Source: Eledone cirrhosa
Taxonomy: Eukaryota
NCBI GenBank assembly: GCA_964016885.1
Contig: OZ024743.1
Coordinates: forward strand, 344,596,001-344,660,000
Length of the DNA: 64,000 nucleotides
Direction of reading: 5' to 3'
A program made the position numbers and the translations under genes. Shown here piece by piece: positions 13,901 through 26,500 of the stretch. How positions within the stretch are numbered: position 1 is the first letter of the stretch; each line of letters begins with the position of its first letter. The notes below the pieces were generated by a model. The model was not told the origin of the DNA and did no database searches. It was given only the letters and a program-made list of their open reading frames with translations.

Positions 13901-16900
13901 TTGTTGACGGTATTGTTGTTACTACCGTTGTTGACGTTGTTGTTGTGACTACTGTTGTTGACGTTGTTATTGTTACTACTGTTGTTGACGTTGTTGTTTT
14001 TACTACTGTTGTTGACGTTGTTATTGTTAATACTGTTGTTGACGTTGTTGTTATTACTACTGTTGTTGACGTTGTTGTTGTTACTACTTCTGTTGACGTT
14101 GTTATTGTTACAACTGTTGTTGACGTTGTTGTTTTAACTACTGTTGTTGACGTTGTTGTTGTTACTACTGTTGTTGACGTTGTTGTGTTTACTACTGTTG
14201 TTGTTGACGTTGTTGTTTTTACTACTGTTGTTGACGTTGTTGTTGTTACTACTGTTGTTGACGTTGTTGTTTTTACTACTACTGTTGTTGACATTGTTGT
14301 TTTTACTACTGTTGTTGACGTTGTTATTGTTACTACTGTTGTTGACGTTGTTGTTGTTACTACTGTTGTTGACGTTGTTATTGTTACTACTGTTGTTGAC
14401 GTTGTTGTTGTTACTACTGTTGTGACGTTGTTGTTACTACTGTTGTTGACGTTGTTGTTACTACTGTTGTTGATGTTGTTATTGTTACTACTGTTGTTGA
14501 CGTTGTTGTTGTTACTACTGTTGTTGACGTTGGTGTTGTTACTACTGTTGTTGACGTTGTTGTTGTTACTACTGTTGTTGTTGGTGTTGTTATTGTTACC
14601 AATGTTGTTGACGTTATTGTTGTTACTACTGTTGTTGACGTTATTGTTGTTACTACTGTTGTTGACGTTATTGTTGTAACTACTGCTGTTGACGTTGTTA
14701 TTGTTACTACTGTTGTTGACGTTGTTGTTGTTACTACTGTTGTTGACGTTGTTGTTGTTACTACTGTTGTTGACGTTGTTGTTGTTACTACTGTTGTTAT
14801 TGTTGTTGTTATTGTTACTACTGTTGTTGACGTTGTTATTGTTACTACTGTTGTTGACGTTGTTATTGTTACTACTGTTATTGACGTTGTAATTGTTACT
14901 ACTGTTGTTGACGTTGTTGTTGTTACTATTGTTGTTGACGTTGTTATTGTTACTACTGTTGTTGACGTTGTTATTGTTACTACTGTTGTTGACGTTATAA
15001 TTGTTACTACTGTTGTTGACGTTGTTGTTATTACTACTGTTGTTGACTTTATTGTTGTTAGTATTGTTGTTGATGTTGTTGTTGTTACTACTGTTGTTGG
15101 CCTTGTTTTTACTACTGTTGTTGACGTTGTTGTTGTTACTACTGTTGTTGACGTTGTTGTTGTTACTACTGTTGTTGACGTTATTGTTGTTACTATTGTT
15201 GTTGACGTTGTTGTTGTTACTACTGTTGTTGGCGTTGTTTTTACTACTGTTGTTGACGTTGTTGTTGTTACTACTGTTGTTGACGTTGTTATTGTTACTA
15301 CTGTTGTTGACGTTGTTATTGTTACTATTGTTGTTGACGTTGTTGTTACTATTGTTGTTGACGTTGTTGTTGTTACTATTGTTGTTGACGTTTTTGTTAC
15401 TACTGATGTTGACGTTATTGTTGTTACTACTGTTGTTGACGTTATTGTTGTTACTACTGTTGTTGACGTTGTTGTTACTACTGTTGTTGACGTTGTTGTT
15501 GTTACTATTGTTGTTGACGTTGTTGTTACCAGTGATGTTGACGTTATTGTTGTTACTACTGTTGTCGACTTTATTGTTGTAACTATTGTTGTTGACGTTG
15601 TTGTTGTTACTAATGTTGTTGACGTTGTTATTCTTACTATTGTTGTTGACGTTGTTGTTACTACTGTTGATGACGTTGTTGTGTTACTACTGTTGTTGAC
15701 GTTGCTGTTGTTACTACTGTTGTTGACGTTGATGTTGTTACTACTGTTGTTGACGTTGTTGTTACTACTGTTGTTGATGTTGTTATTGTTACAACTGTTG
15801 TTGACGTTGTTGTTGTTACTACTACTGTTGTTGACGTTGTTGTTACTACTGTTGTTGACGTTGTTGTTGTTACTACTGTTGTTGACGGTGTTGTTGTTAC
15901 TACTGTTGTTGACGTTGTTTTTGTTACTACTGTTGTTGACGTTGTTGTTGTTACTACTACTGTTGTTGACGTTGTTGTTACTACTGTTGTTGACGTTGTT
16001 GTTGTTACTACTATTGTTGTTGACGTTGTTGTTACTACTGTTATTGACGTTGTTGTTGTTACTACTGTTATTGACGTTGTTGTTACTACTGTTGTTGACG
16101 TTGTTGTTGTTACTACTGTTGTTGACGTTGTTGTTACTACTGTTATTGCCGTTGTTGTTGTTACTACTGTTGTTGACGTTGTTGTTACGACTGTTGTTGA
16201 CGTTGTTATTGTTACTAATGTTGTTGACGTTGTTGTTGTTACTACTGTTGTTGATTTTGTTGTTACTACTACTGTTGTTGACGTTGTTATTGTTACTACT
16301 GTTGTTGACGTTGTTATTGTTACTACTGTTGTTGACGTTGTTATTGTTACTACTGGTGTTGACGTTGTTGTTGTTACTACTGTTGTTGACGGTATTGTTG
16401 TTACTACTGTTGTTGACGTTGCTGTTGTTACTACTGTTGTTGACGTTGTTATTGTTACTACTGTTGTTGACGTTGTTGTTGTTGCTAATGTTGTTGACGT
16501 TGTTGTTACTACTGTTGTTGACGTTGTTGTTACGACTGTTGTTGACGTTGTTATTGTTACTAATGTTGTTGACGTCATTGTTGTTACTACTGTTGTTGAT
16601 TTTGTTGTTACTACTACTGTTGTTGACGTTGTTATTGTTACTACTGTTGTTGACGTTGTTATTGTTACTACTGTTGTTGACGTTGTTGTTGTTACTACTG
16701 TTGTTGACGTTTTTATTGTTACTACTGTCGTTGACGTTGTTGTTACTAATGTTGTTGACGTTGTTATTGTTACTACTGTTGTTGACGTTGTTGTTGTTAC
16801 TACTGTTGTTGACGTTGTTGTTACTACTGTTGTTGACGTTGTTATTGTTACTACTGTTGTTGACGTTGTTGTTGTTACTAATGTTGTTGACGTTGTTATT

Positions 16901-19900
16901 GTTACTACTGTTGTTGACGTTGTTGTTGTTACTACTGTTGTTGACGTTGTTGTTGTTACTACTGTTGTTGACGTTGATGTTGTTACTATTGTTGTTGACG
17001 TTGTTGTTACTACTGATGTTGACGTTATTGTTGTTACTACTGTTGTTGACTTTATTGTTGTAACTATTGTTGTTGACGTTGTTGTTGTTACTACTGTCGT
17101 TGAAGTTGTTGTTGTTACTACTGTCGTTGACGTTGTTGTTGTTTCTAATCTTGTTGACGTTGTTGTTGTTACTACTGTTGTTGACGTTGTTATTGTTATT
17201 GACGTTGTTATTGTTACTAATGTTGTTGACGTTATTGTTGTTACCACTGTTGTTGACGTTGTTGCTGTCACCACTGTCGTTGACGTTGTTGTTGTTACTA
17301 CTGTCGTTGACGTTGTTGTTTCTAATCTTGTTGACGTTGTTGTTACTATTACTGTTGATGACCTTGTTATTGTCAGTACTGTTGTTGACGTTATTGTTGT
17401 TACTACTTTTGTTGACGTCGTTATTGTTACTACTACTGTTGTTGACGTTGTTGTTGTTACTACTGTTGTTGACGTTGTTATTGTTACTACTGTTGTTGAC
17501 GTTGTTATTGTTACTACTGTTGTTGACGTTTTTATTGTTACTATTGTTGTTGACGTTGTTATTGTTAATACTGTTGTTGACGTTGTTGTTACTACTGTTT
17601 TTGACGTTGTTGTTGTTACTACTGTTGTTGACGTTTTTATTGTTAATACTGTTGTTGACGTTGTTATTGTTACTACTGTTGTTGACGTTATTATTGTTAA
17701 TACTGTTGTTGACGTTGTTGTTGTTACTACCGTTGTTGACGTTGTTATTGTTACTACTGTTGTTGACGTTTTTATTGTTACTACTGTTGTTGACGTTGTT
17801 ATTGTTACTACTGCTGTTGACGTTGTTATTGTTACTACTGTTGTTGACGTTGTTGTTAATACTGTTGTTGACGGTGTTGTTGTTACTACTGTTGTTGACG
17901 TTGTAATTGTTACTACTGTTGGTGACTTTGTTATTGTTAATACTGCTGTTGACGGTATTGTTGTTACTACAGTTGTTGACGTTGTTGTTACTACTGTTGT
18001 TGACGTTGTTGTTGTTACTATTGTTGTTGACGTTGTTGTTACTACTGTTGTTGACGTTGTTGTTGTTACTACTGTTGTTGACGTTGTTGCTGTTACTATT
18101 GTTGTTGACGTTGTTATTGTTACTACTGTTGTTGACGGTGTTGTTTTTACTACTATTGTTGGCGTTGTTACTGTTACTACTGTTGTTGACGTTGTTGTTT
18201 TTACTACTATTGTTGGCGTTGTTATTGTTACTACTGTTGTTGACGTTGTTGTTACTACCGTTGTTTGCTCTGTTATTGTTACTACTGTTGTTGACGTTGT
18301 TGTTACTACTGTTGTTGACGTTGTTATTGTTAATACTGTTGTTGACGGTATGTTGTTACTACCGTTGTTGACGTTGTTGTTGTTACTACTGTTGTTGACG
18401 TTGTTATTGTTACTACTGTTGTTGACGTTGTTGTTTTTACTACTGTTGTTGACGTTGTTATTGTTAATACTGTTGTTGACGTTGTTGTTGTTACAACTGT
18501 TGTTGACGTTGTTGTTTTAACTACTGTTGTTGACGTTGTTTTTGTTACTACTGTTGTTGACGTTGTTGTTTTTACTACTGTTGTTGTTGACGTTGTTGTT
18601 TTTACTACTGTTGTTGACGTTGTTGTTTTTACTACTACTGTTGTTGACGTTGTTGTTTTTACTACTGTTGTTGACGTTGTTATTGTTACTACTGGTGTTG
18701 ACGTTGTTGTTGTTACTACTGTTGTTGACGTTGTTATTGTTACTACTGTTGTTGACGTTGTTGTTGTTACTACTGTTGTGACGTTGTTGTTGTTACTACT
18801 GTTGTTGACGTTGTTGTTACTACTGTTGTTGACGTTGTTATTCTTACTACTGTTGTTGACGTTGTTGTTGTTACTACTGTTGTTGACGTTGGTGTTGTTA
18901 CTACTGTTGTTGACGTTGTTGTTGTTACTACTGTTGTTGTTGGTGTTGTTATTGTTACCAATGTTGTTGACGTTATTGTTGTTACTACTGTTGTTGACGT
19001 TATTGTTGTTACTACTGTTGTTGACGTTATTGTTGTTACTACTGCTGTTGACGTTGTTATTGTTACTACTGTTGTTGATGTTGTTGTTGTTACTACTGTT
19101 GTTGACGTTGTTGTTGTTACTATTGTTGTTGACGTTGTTATTGTTACTACTGTTGTTGACGTTGTTATTGTTACTACTGTTGTTGACGTTGTAATTGTTA
19201 CTACTGTTGTTGACGTTGTTGTTGTTACTACTGTTGTTGACGTTATTGTTGTTACTATTGTTGTTGACGTTGTTGTTGTTACTACTGTTGTTGGCGTTGT
19301 TTTTACTACTATTGTTGACGTTGTTGTTGTTACTACTGTTGTTGACATTGTTATTGTTACTACTGTTGTTGACATTGTTATTGTTACTATTGTTGTTGAC
19401 GTTGTTGTTACTATTGTTGTTGACGTTGTTGTTGTTACTACGGTTATTGACATTGTTGTTGTTACTACTGCTTTTGACGTTGTTGTTGTTACTACTGTTG
19501 TTGACGTTGTTATTGTTACTAATGTTGTTGACGTTATTGTTGTTACTATTGTTGTTGACGTTGTTGTTACTACTGTTGTTGATGTTGTTGTTACTACTGT
19601 TGTTGACGTTGTTGCTGTTACTATTGTTGTTGACGTTGTTATTGTTACTACTGTTGTTGACGTTGTTGTTTTTACTACTATTGTTGGCGTTGTTATTGTT
19701 ACTACTGTTGTTGACGTTGTTGTTTTTACTACTATTGTTGGCGTTGTTATTGTTACTACTGTTGTTGACGTTGTTGTTACTACCGTTGTTGGCGCTGTTA
19801 TTGTTACTACTGTTGTTGACGTTGTTGTTACTACTGTTGTTGACGTTGTTATTGTTAATACTGTTGTTGACGGTATTGTTGTTACTACCGTTGTTGACGT

Positions 19901-22900
19901 TGTTGTTGTGACTACTGTTGTTGACGTTGTTATTGTTACTACTGTTGTTGACGTTGTTGTTTTTACTACTGTTGTTGACGTTGTTATTGTTAATACTGTT
20001 GTTGACGTTGTTGTTATTACTACTGTTGTTGACGTTGTTGTTGTTACTACTTCTGTTGACGTTGTTATTGTTACAACTGTTGTTGACGTTGTTGTTTTAA
20101 CTACTGTTGTTGACGTTGTTGTTGTTACTACTGTTGTTGACGTTGTTGTGTTTACTACTGTTGTTGTTGACGTTGTTGTTTTTACTACTGTTGTTGACGT
20201 TGTTGTTGTTACTACTGTTGTTGACGTTGTTGTTTTTACTACTACTGTTGTTGACATTGTTGTTTTTACTACTGTTGTTGACGTTGTTATTGTTACTACT
20301 GTTGTTGACGTTGTTGTTGTTACTACTGTTGTTGACGTTGTTATTGTTACTACTGTTGTTGACGTTGTTGTTGTTACTACTGTTGTGACGTTGTTGTTAC
20401 TACTGTTGTTGACGTTGTTGTTACTACTGTTGTTGATGTTGTTATTGTTACTACTGTTGTTGACGTTGTTGTTGTTACTACTGTTGTTGACGTTGGTGTT
20501 GTTACTACTGTTGTTGACGTTGTTGTTGTTACTACTGTTGTTGTTGGTGTTGTTATTGTTACCAATGTTGTTGACGTTATTGTTGTTACTACTGTTGTTG
20601 ACGTTATTGTTGTTACTACTGTTGTTGACGTTATTGTTGTAACTACTGCTGTTGACGTTGTTATTGTTACTACTGTTGTTGACGTTGTTGTTGTTACTAC
20701 TGTTGTTGACGTTGTTGTTGTTACTACTGTTGTTGACGTTGTTGTTGTTACTACTGTTGTTATTGTTGTTGTTATTGTTACTACTGTTGTTGACGTTGTT
20801 ATTGTTACTACTGTTGTTGACGTTGTTATTGTTACTACTGTTATTGACGTTGTAATTGTTACTACTGTTGTTGACGTTGTTGTTGTTACTATTGTTGTTG
20901 ACGTTGTTATTGTTACTACTGTTGTTGACGTTGTTATTGTTACTACTGTTGTTGACGTTATAATTGTTACTACTGTTGTTGACGTTGTTGTTATTACTAC
21001 TGTTGTTGACTTTATTGTTGTTAGTATTGTTGTTGATGTTGTTGTTGTTACTACTGTTGTTGGCCTTGTTTTTACTACTGTTGTTGACGTTGTTGTTGTT
21101 ACTACTGTTGTTGACGTTGTTGTTGTTACTACTGTTGTTGACGTTATTGTTGTTACTATTGTTGTTGACGTTGTTGTTGTTACTACTGTTGTTGGCGTTG
21201 TTTTTACTACTGTTGTTGACGTTGTTGTTGTTACTACTGTTGTTGACGTTGTTATTGTTACTACTGTTGTTGACGTTGTTATTGTTACTATTGTTGTTGA
21301 CGTTGTTGTTACTATTGTTGTTGACGTTGTTGTTGTTACTATTGTTGTTGACGTTTTTGTTACTACTGATGTTGACGTTATTGTTGTTACTACTGTTGTT
21401 GATGTTATTGTTGTTACTACTGTTGTTGACGTTGTTGTTACTACTGTTGTTGACGTTGTTGTTGTTACTATTGTTGTTGACGTTGTTGTTACCAGTGATG
21501 TTGACGTTATTGTTGTTACTACTGTTGTCGACTTTATTGTTGTAACTATTGTTGTTGACGTTGTTGTTGTTACTAATGTTGTTGACGTTGTTATTCTTAC
21601 TATTGTTGTTGGCGTTGTTGTTACTACTGTTGATGACGTTGTTGTGTTACTACTGTTGTTGACGTTGCTGTTGTTACTACTGTTGTTGACGTTGATGTTG
21701 TTACTACTGTTGTTGACGTTGTTGTTACTACTGTTGTTGATGTTGTTATTGTTACAACTGTTGTTGACGTTGTTGTTGTTACTACTACTGTTGTTGACGT
21801 TGTTGTTACTACTGTTGTTGACGTTGTTGTTGTTACTACTGTTGTTGACGGTGTTGTTGTTACTACTGTTGTTGACGTTGTTTTTGTTACTACTGTTGTT
21901 GACGTTGTTGTTGTTACTACTACTGTTGTTGACGTTGTTGTTACTACTGTTGTTGACGTTGTTGTTGTTACTACTACTGTTGTTGACATTGTTGTTACTA
22001 CTGTTATTGACGTTGTTGTTGTTACTACTGTTATTGACGTTGTTGTTACTACTGTTGTTGACGTTGTTGTTGTTACTACTGTTGTTGACGTTGTTGTTAC
22101 TACTGTTATTGCCGTTGTTGTTGTTACTACTGTTGTTGACGTTGTTGTTACGACTGTTGTTGACGTTGTTATTGTTACTAATGTTGTTGACGTTGTTGTT
22201 GTTACTACTGTTGTTGATTTTGTTGTTACTACTACTGTTGTTGACGTTGTTATTGTTACTACTGTTGTTGACGTTGTTATTGTTACTACTGTTGTTGACG
22301 TTGTTATTGTTACTACTGGTGTTGACGTTGTTGTTGTTACTACTGTTGTTGACGGTATTGTTGTTACTACTGTTGTTGACGTTGCTGTTGTTACTACTGT
22401 TGTTGACGTTGTTATTGTTACTACTGTTGTTGACGTTGTTGTTGTTGCTAATGTTGTTGACGTTGTTGTTACTACTGTTGTTGACGTTGTTGTTACGACT
22501 GTTGTTGACGTTGTTATTGTTACTAATGTTGTTGACGTCATTGTTGTTACTACTGTTGTTGATTTTGTTGTTACTACTACTGTTGTTGACGTTGTTATTG
22601 TTACTACTGTTGTTGACGTTGTTATTGTTACTACTGTTGTTGACGTTGTTGTTGTTACTACTGTTGTTGACGTTTTTATTGTTACTACTGTCGTTGACGT
22701 TGTTGTTACTAATGTTGTTGACGTTGTTATTGTTACTACTGTTGTTGACGTTGTTGTTGTTACTACTGTTGTTGACGTTGTTGTTACTACTGTTGTTGAC
22801 GTTGTTATTGTTACTACTGTTGTTGACGTTGTTGTTGTTACTAATGTTGTTGACGTTGTTATTGTTACTACTGTTGTTGACGTTGTTGTTGTTACTACTG

Positions 22901-22938
22901 TTGTTGACGTTGTTGTTGTTACTACTGTTGTTGACGTT
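10990..22938. repeat. 5,963-bp higher-order tandem duplication (2 copies)
   Basis: Constant offset of 5,963 between ORF pairs 11104/17067, 12807/18770, 13945/19908, 15001/20964 and 15681/21644. About 10 substitutions seen by eye and no net indel. Confidence 0.95.
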
Positions 22939-23139
22939 GTTATTGTTTCTACTGTTGTCGACGTTGTTGTTGTTACTACTGTCGTTGACATCGTTGTTAC
23001 TACTGTTGTTGACGTTGTCATTGTTACTACTGTTGTTGACGTTGTTATTGTTACTACTGTTGTTGACGTTGTTGTTGTTACTACTGTTGTTGACGTTGTA
23101 ATTGTTACTACTGTTGTTGACGTAGTTGTTGTTACTACT

Positions 23140-23520
23140 GTTGTTGACGTTATTGTTGTTACTATTGTTGTTGACGTTGTTGTTGTTACTACTGTTGTTG
23201 GCGTTGTTTTTACTACTGTTGTTGACGTTGTTGTTGTTACTACTGTTGTTGACGTTGTTGTTGTTACTACTGTTGTTGACGTTATTGTTGTTACTATTGT
23301 TGTTGACGTTGTTGTTGTTACTACTGTTGTTGGCGTTGTTTTTACTACTGTTGTTGACGTTGTTGTTGTTACTACTGTTGTTGACGTTGTTGTTGTTACT
23401 ACTGTTGTTGACGTTATTGTTGTTACTATTGTTGTTGACGTTGTTGTTGTTACTACTGTTGTTGGCGTTGTTTTTACTACTGTTGTTGACGTTGTTGTTG
23501 TTACTACTGTTGTTGACGTT
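23140..23520. repeat. 132-bp pentameric sub-repeat, about 3 copies
   Basis: GGC-variant monomers at 23200, 23332 and 23464 (exact 132-bp spacing). Confidence 0.85.
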
Positions 23521-26500
23521 GTTGTTGTTACTATTGTTGTTGACGTTGTTGTTGTTACTATTGTTGTTGACATTGTTGTTGTTACTACTGTTGTTGACGT
23601 TGTTATTGTTACTACTGTTGTTGACGTTGTTATTATTACTACTGTTGTTGACGTTGTTATTGTTACTACTGTTGTTGAGGTTGTTGTTACTACTGTTGTT
23701 GGCGTTGTTTTTACTACTGTTGTTGACGTTGTTGTTGTTACTACTCTTGTTGACGTTGTTGTTGTTACTACTGTTGTTGACGTTATTGTTGTTACTATTG
23801 TTGTTGACGTTGTTGTTGTTACTACTGTTGTTGACGTTGTTGTTACTACTGTTGTCGACGTTGTTGTTACTACTGTTGTTGATGTTGTTATTGTTACTAC
23901 AGTTGTTGACGTTGTTGTTGTAACTACTGTTGTTGACGTTATTATTACTACTACTGATGTTGACGTTGTTATTGTTACTACTGATGTTGACGTTGTTGTT
24001 GTTACTACTGATGTTGACGTTGTTATTGTTACTACTGTTATTGACGTTGTTATTGTTACTACTGTTGTTGACGTTGTTGTTGTTACTACTGATGTTGACG
24101 TTGTTATTGTTACTACTGTTGTTGATGTTGTTATTGTTACTACTGTTGTTGACGTTGTTGTTACTACTGATGTTGACGTCATTGTTGTTACTACTGTTGT
24201 TGACGTTATTGTTGTTACTACTGTTATTGACGTTGTTTTTACTAATGTTGTTGACGTTATTGTTGTTACTACTGTAGTTGACGTTATTGTTGTTACTACT
24301 GTTGTTGACGTTATTGTTGTTACTACTGTAGTTGACGTTCTGGTTGTTACTATTGTTGTTGACGTTGTTATAGTTACTATTGTTTTTGACATTGTTATTG
24401 TTACTAATGTTGTTGACGTTGTTATAGTTACTACTGTTGTTGACGTTGTTGTTGTTACTACTGTTGTTGAAGTTGTTGTTACTACTGTTGTTGACGTTGT
24501 TGTTGTTACTACTGTTATTGACGTTATTGTTGTTACTACTGTTGTTGACGTTGTTGTTGTTACTACGGTTATTGACGTTGTTGTTGTTACTACGGTTATT
24601 GACGTTGTTGTTGTTACTACTACTGTTGTGGACGTTGTTGTTACTACTGTTGTTGACGTTGTTGTTGTTACTACTGCTATTGACGTTGTTGTTGTTACTA
24701 CTGTTATTGACGTTGTTGTTGTTACTACTGTTGTTGACGTTGTTGTTACTACGGTTATTGACGTTGTTGTTGTTACTACTACTGTTGTTGACATTGTTGT
24801 TATTACTACTGTTGTTGACGTTGTTGTTGTTACTAATGTTGTTGACGTTGTTGTTGTTACTACTGTTATTGACGATGTTGTTGTTACTACTGTTGTTGAC
24901 GTTGTTGTTGTTACTACTGTTGTTGTCATTGTTGTTGTTACTACGGTTATTGACGATGTTGTTGTTACTACAGTTAGTGACGTTGTTGTTGTTACTACTG
25001 TTGTTGACGTTGTTGTTACTACTGTTATTGACGTTGTTGTTATTACTACTGTTATTGACGTTGTTGTTATTACTACTGTTGTTGACGGTATTGTTGTTAC
25101 TACTGTTGTTAACGTTGTTATTATTACTGTTGTTGACGTTGTTGTTGAAACTACTGTTGTTGACGTTGTTATTTTTACAACTGTTCATGACGTTGTTGTT
25201 ACTACTGTTGTTGACGTTGTTGTTACTACTGTTATTGACGTTGTTGTTATAACTAGTTACTGACGTTGTTGTTGTTACTACTGTTGTTGACGTTGTTATT
25301 ACTACGGTTGTTGACGTTGTTGTTGTTACTACTGTTGTTGACGTTGTTATTGTTAATACTGTCGTTGACGTTGTTGTTGTTACTACTATTGTTTACGTGT
25401 TATTGTTACTCCGTCGTTGACGTTGTTGTTGTTACTACTGTTGTTGACTATGTTATTGTTACTACTGTCGTTGACGATGTTGTTGTTACTACTGTTGTTG
25501 ACGTTATTGTTGTTACTACAATTGTTGACGTTGTTATTGTTACTACTGTTGTTGACGTTTTTGTTACTACTGTTGTTGACGTTGTTGTTGGTACTACTGC
25601 TTTTGATGCTGTTATTGTTACTATTGTTGTTGACGTTGTTGTTTCTGATGTTGTTGACGTTATTGTTGTTACTACTGTTGTTGACGTTGTCATTGTTACT
25701 ACTGTTGTTGACGTTGTTATTGTTACTACTGTTGTTGACGTTGTTATTTTTACTACTGTTGTTGACGTTATTGTTGTTACTACTTTTGTTTACGTTGTTG
25801 TTTTTACTACTATTGTTGACGTTGTTGTTGTATCTACTGTAATTGACGTTGTTAGTGTTACTACTGTTGTTGACGTTGTTATTGTTACTATTGTTGTTGA
25901 CGTTGTTGTTGTTACTACTGCTTTTGACGCTGTTATTGTTACTACTGTTGTTGACGTTGTTGTTGTTACTACTGCTTTTGACGCTGTTATTGTTACTACT
26001 GTTGATGACGTTGTTGTTGTTACTAATGTTTTTGCCGTTGTTATTGTTACTACTGTTGTTGACGTTGTTATTGTTACTACTGTAATTGACGTTGTTGTTG
26101 TAACTACTGATGTTGACGTTGTTGTTTTTACTAATGTTGTTGACGTTGTTGTTGTTTCTACTGTAATTGACGTTGTTATTGTTACTACTGTTGTTGACGT
26201 TGTTATTGTTACTACTGTTGTTGACGTTGTTATTGTTACTACTGTAATTGAGGTTGTTGTTACTACTGTTGTTGACGTTGTTGTTGTTTCTACTGTAATT
26301 GACGTTGTTATTGTTACTACTGTTGTTGACGTTGTTGTTACTACTGTTATTGACGTTGTTGTTGTTACTACTGTTTTTGACGTTGTTGTTGTTGTTACTA
26401 ATGTTGTTACTACTGTTGTTGACGTTGTTGTTACTACTGTTGTTGACGTTGTTAGTGTTACTAATGTTGTTGACGTTGTTGTTGTTACTACTGTTGTTGA

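Larger units (their letters stand above)
1..23750. repeat. Satellite subfamily domain A (left)
   Basis: Diagnostic variants concentrated here: GGCGTTGTTTTTACT 24-mers, frequent ACTATT, TCTAATCTT, GACGTTGTAATTGTT, and the 1-bp-deleted junction GTTGTGACG. Confidence 0.85.
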
